64,000 nucleotides of DNA, from the NCBI GenBank assembly GCA_010093745.1, contig MU005985.1, positions 1-64,000 on the forward strand, in the 5' to 3' direction. Source of the DNA: Piedraia hortae CBS 480.64. Its lineage: Eukaryota. The stretch's first letter is position 1, and every line of letters starts with the position of its first letter. The notes under the pieces are model-generated. The model worked only from the letters and a program-made list of their open reading frames with translations, searched no databases and was not told the origin of the DNA. Of this stretch, positions 61,201 through 64,000 are shown piece by piece. A program made the position numbers and the translations under genes.

Positions 61201-64000
61201 GGCATTAGGATCGGCCAGCTTCTTGTCCCATTCAGCAACATCAGACGGATCAGGGTTGGGCAGAGCGCCAATCTTCTTGAGACCCCAGAAAATGGGATAA
61301 CGGGCCCAGGAACGCTTGCCGTACTTTTTGCTCACACCAACAGCGCCGAAACCCTTTTGATGGATGCGCAGAATGCTGGCGCCAGCATGTAACAAGTTGA
61401 AAACCTCGCCGAATTGGACATACCGCTGCACAACAGGTTGGGGCAGGTTGTAGACGGAGCAAATTTCTTCCACCTCCTTGGGGTTCCGCATGGGCCAGAG
61501 ACCCTGAAACTCGGCATTGTGCAGAGACAGACAGCAGGGAATGGTATCTGGGAGCAGATACAGCGGAGCAATGGTGCCGTGGTAGTCGTTGATGTGGTAG
61601 AGATCGATAGGGAAGCGACGCATAGCCTCAGCGATACACTGATTCCACGCAGAGTAGTAGATGGCGCTGTCCAAATCGTCCATGCGTGCAGGATAGGGCT
61701 CCTCCTTTGTCTGACGACGGAAGACGGGAGCATCAAGCAGCATGTACGTGATGTTGTTGAGCTTGTGGTACTGCACCTGCACCTCGTAGGTGCGTCCGAG
61801 AATGGTAACATCAATGGGAAGCCCAGGAGTGTCGACGGGATATTCAACTCCGCCGGCACAGGGGACAACCCAGACAAGGTCCTGATGCTGAAGGTTCTTA
61901 CCCATCAGCTGGGCCATGACTCCGAGTCCACCGATCTTGATTTTGATATTCCAGTCAGAAATGTCGTACTCCATGGTGCCAATCAGCACCGTCCGACGCT
62001 TGCCACCAACAGCAGCCCCCGTGCCGTCATTGTCCTGCACAACACCCGCACCCAGAGGAGTCGTCGGGCTGAGTGGCCGAAGGGCAGAGAGGTTGCCGTC
62101 ATCGCTGTCAGCCTTTTCGCCACGGTGGAACACTCGCTTGACAGCCGCAACAGGCATGACATCCTTCTTATCAGACAGACCAATCTGGTTGAACTTGACG
62201 CCATAAAAGGCACGCACGTAGACCACCACGCCGAGGATAGCCGAAAGCACTGGCACGATGATGAACAGGCACCAGATGATCAGCTGCAAGTAACGATTTC
62301 CGATCGGATGCAGGCGGTAGCGGTAATCACCGTCATTGAAGAGGATACGCCAACCAAGGTAGGGCGATGGTGGGCCCAGATCGGTGATGTTGGTGACCAG
62401 CATCTGGAGGGAAGTTGGTGGAATGCGGTCGAGAACGGTATCGTTATCAACATCTCCAAAGGCATGGCTGACGTCTGGACTGCCATCCTTGGCCATACCC
62501 CAGACGTTTAACTGGAACTGCGACGGCCATTCATCCATAAAGTCAAAGTTCCAGATGCCATGCTTGTCCTGGTGCATGCGGTTGGGCCTGCCCGCGTCGT
62601 AGCCGTACTGATTGAAGCTGCCATGGACAAACATGTGCGGGAAGCGGCGAACGGGATGCTTGCTGCCAACAACATCACCTTCAACCATGTGGTCGCTGCT
62701 CCCGGCAGCCGAAGACCAATATTGCACTTGAACGTGGTCACCCTTCCAACCCTGGCCTTTCTGGCCCTTCCACTCCTGCGCTGGCAGTGCAACGCGGCCC
62801 GGCTTGTAAGGCATCCAATCAGACCAGACGGCTCCAAACGACATGCTGAAGCGCCACTTGTCGGCACCGGGAGCCTTGTGCTGGATGTAAAAGCCGGAGA
62901 AGTCCTTTGACACTGGGTGGCTATCGATTGAACGAGTAGTCTTGTCATTGCGGTACAGAAGTGACGTGCTGTAATTGGCAGACTTGGGGAAGACAAGCGG
63001 GTTATCGGCATGGCCTACACGAAGCATAAAGTGGTTGCGGCCACCGGTGCTACCGTTACCGGCTTGAGTGGTCATATTGTCGACTGTGAGAACGTGGATG
63101 CCATCATACACGTCTTTGAGGGAAAATTTGGCACGCCACACCGACGGGACCGGACCATGGTAGTAGGTCTCGTTGATGGCATCAATTGACAGACAGTCCA
63201 TGGTGCTCTCATCCACCGTTGCATTGGTGTTCTGCTCCGTGTGAGACGTAACGCTTAATGCATTCTTCAGTCCATTGCAGTCCATGGGCTGAGAGAAGCG
63301 AATCTCGACATCTACAGACATGGAGCCACCGACAGACGCCGCCGACAGGATACGGGCATCGTGTCCCGGCAAGAACTTTGTGATGACGGGAGACGGCTCA
63401 GACCATTCATCAATGGGCACAAACGCCTTCCACCCGTACATAGGCATGTCCACCGACTTGAGACAACCGGTGGAAAGGCCGTCGTACTCGGCAATATCAA
63501 CCTTGCGGCCCGATTTGTCCAACGTATACTCCTCAAACGGATACACAAGGTTCTTCACAGTCGTGCCGTCTTGGAAGGGCGCCACAATGGCATCATGGCT
63601 GTCACAGTCTCCTGAATACGTGCGGGAGCCGTTGTAGTTGGTATAAAGCATCCAGACCGGCTGGTTCCCGTGGCCCTTGCCGTCAAGGTCTTGGGCGCCA
63701 GGGATGCGAGCGCGGAAGACGCTCCAGAGACCCGTCTCTGTGGGCGTATTGAACGAGCCCGGAAGAGTGTAGTTAAATGTCTGGTTGGAAAGCTGCGTTA
63801 GATTCCAGCCATCGTTGAGGACTGGATAGCGATCTCGGAGCTCAAACATGTGCTTCAAAAAGCCGTAGAGCGGCGCAGAGGGATCGCGGTGGTCGAGACT
63901 GACGCTGTCGTCCTGGCAGCCGTGACGTGTGCTGTTGAATGGCGCATTGTGCAAATTGATGTCTTCCACGTAATGGCAGCCGTGATTCTGCCACGCCTGG
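58259..64000 (-). CDS. AGS1: Alpha-1,3-glucan synthase (5' part outside the window)
   Basis: Over 1800 aa: end of the extracellular region, a TM helix, a glycogen/starch-synthase-like domain (KIKIGGLG, YHINDYHG, FVGRWSMQKG, PSRDEPFGLV) and a multi-TM C-terminus. Intron 58587-58538 joins the last exon, ending FFRKEQLSKP. Confidence 0.96.

Noticed and set aside
1..64000. CRISPR array, rRNA or prokaryotic operon
   Set aside because: No regularly spaced repeat-spacer array or rRNA-like sequence; the genes have spliceosomal introns.

Overview
Eukaryotic (fungal) genomic DNA. Short 41-53 nt GT-AG introns with CTAAC/CTGAC-like branch sites and the gene families point to a filamentous ascomycete, probably a compact-genome Dothideomycete (inference only). 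Host genes: an APC amino-acid permease, Ark1/Prk1 kinase, tannase/feruloyl esterase, Sen15, a DUF2985-like protein, a Zn2Cys6 factor, uridine nucleosidase, an F-box-like protein, GPI18, a laccase with an upstream pseudogene twin, centrin, an ornithine cyclodeaminase-family protein, a stand-alone Clr2 N-terminal-domain protein and a partial alpha-1,3-glucan synthase. Four nests of decayed transposons interrupt them (about 1-4.4, 7.5-13.5, 27.9-30 and 54.7-57.6 kb). The most unusual signal is a ~360-bp sequence present twice in inverted orientation 29.5 kb apart (4477-4836 and 33596-33968). Its outer 91 nt are 88/91 identical and fold into a three-way junction with Pol III box-like motifs, while the rest is clearly more diverged. 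A hAT MITE with an 8-bp TSD and a 182-bp retro-insert with a 14-bp TSD can be read directly from the sequence. All family assignments come from motif recognition by eye; no database searches were run.
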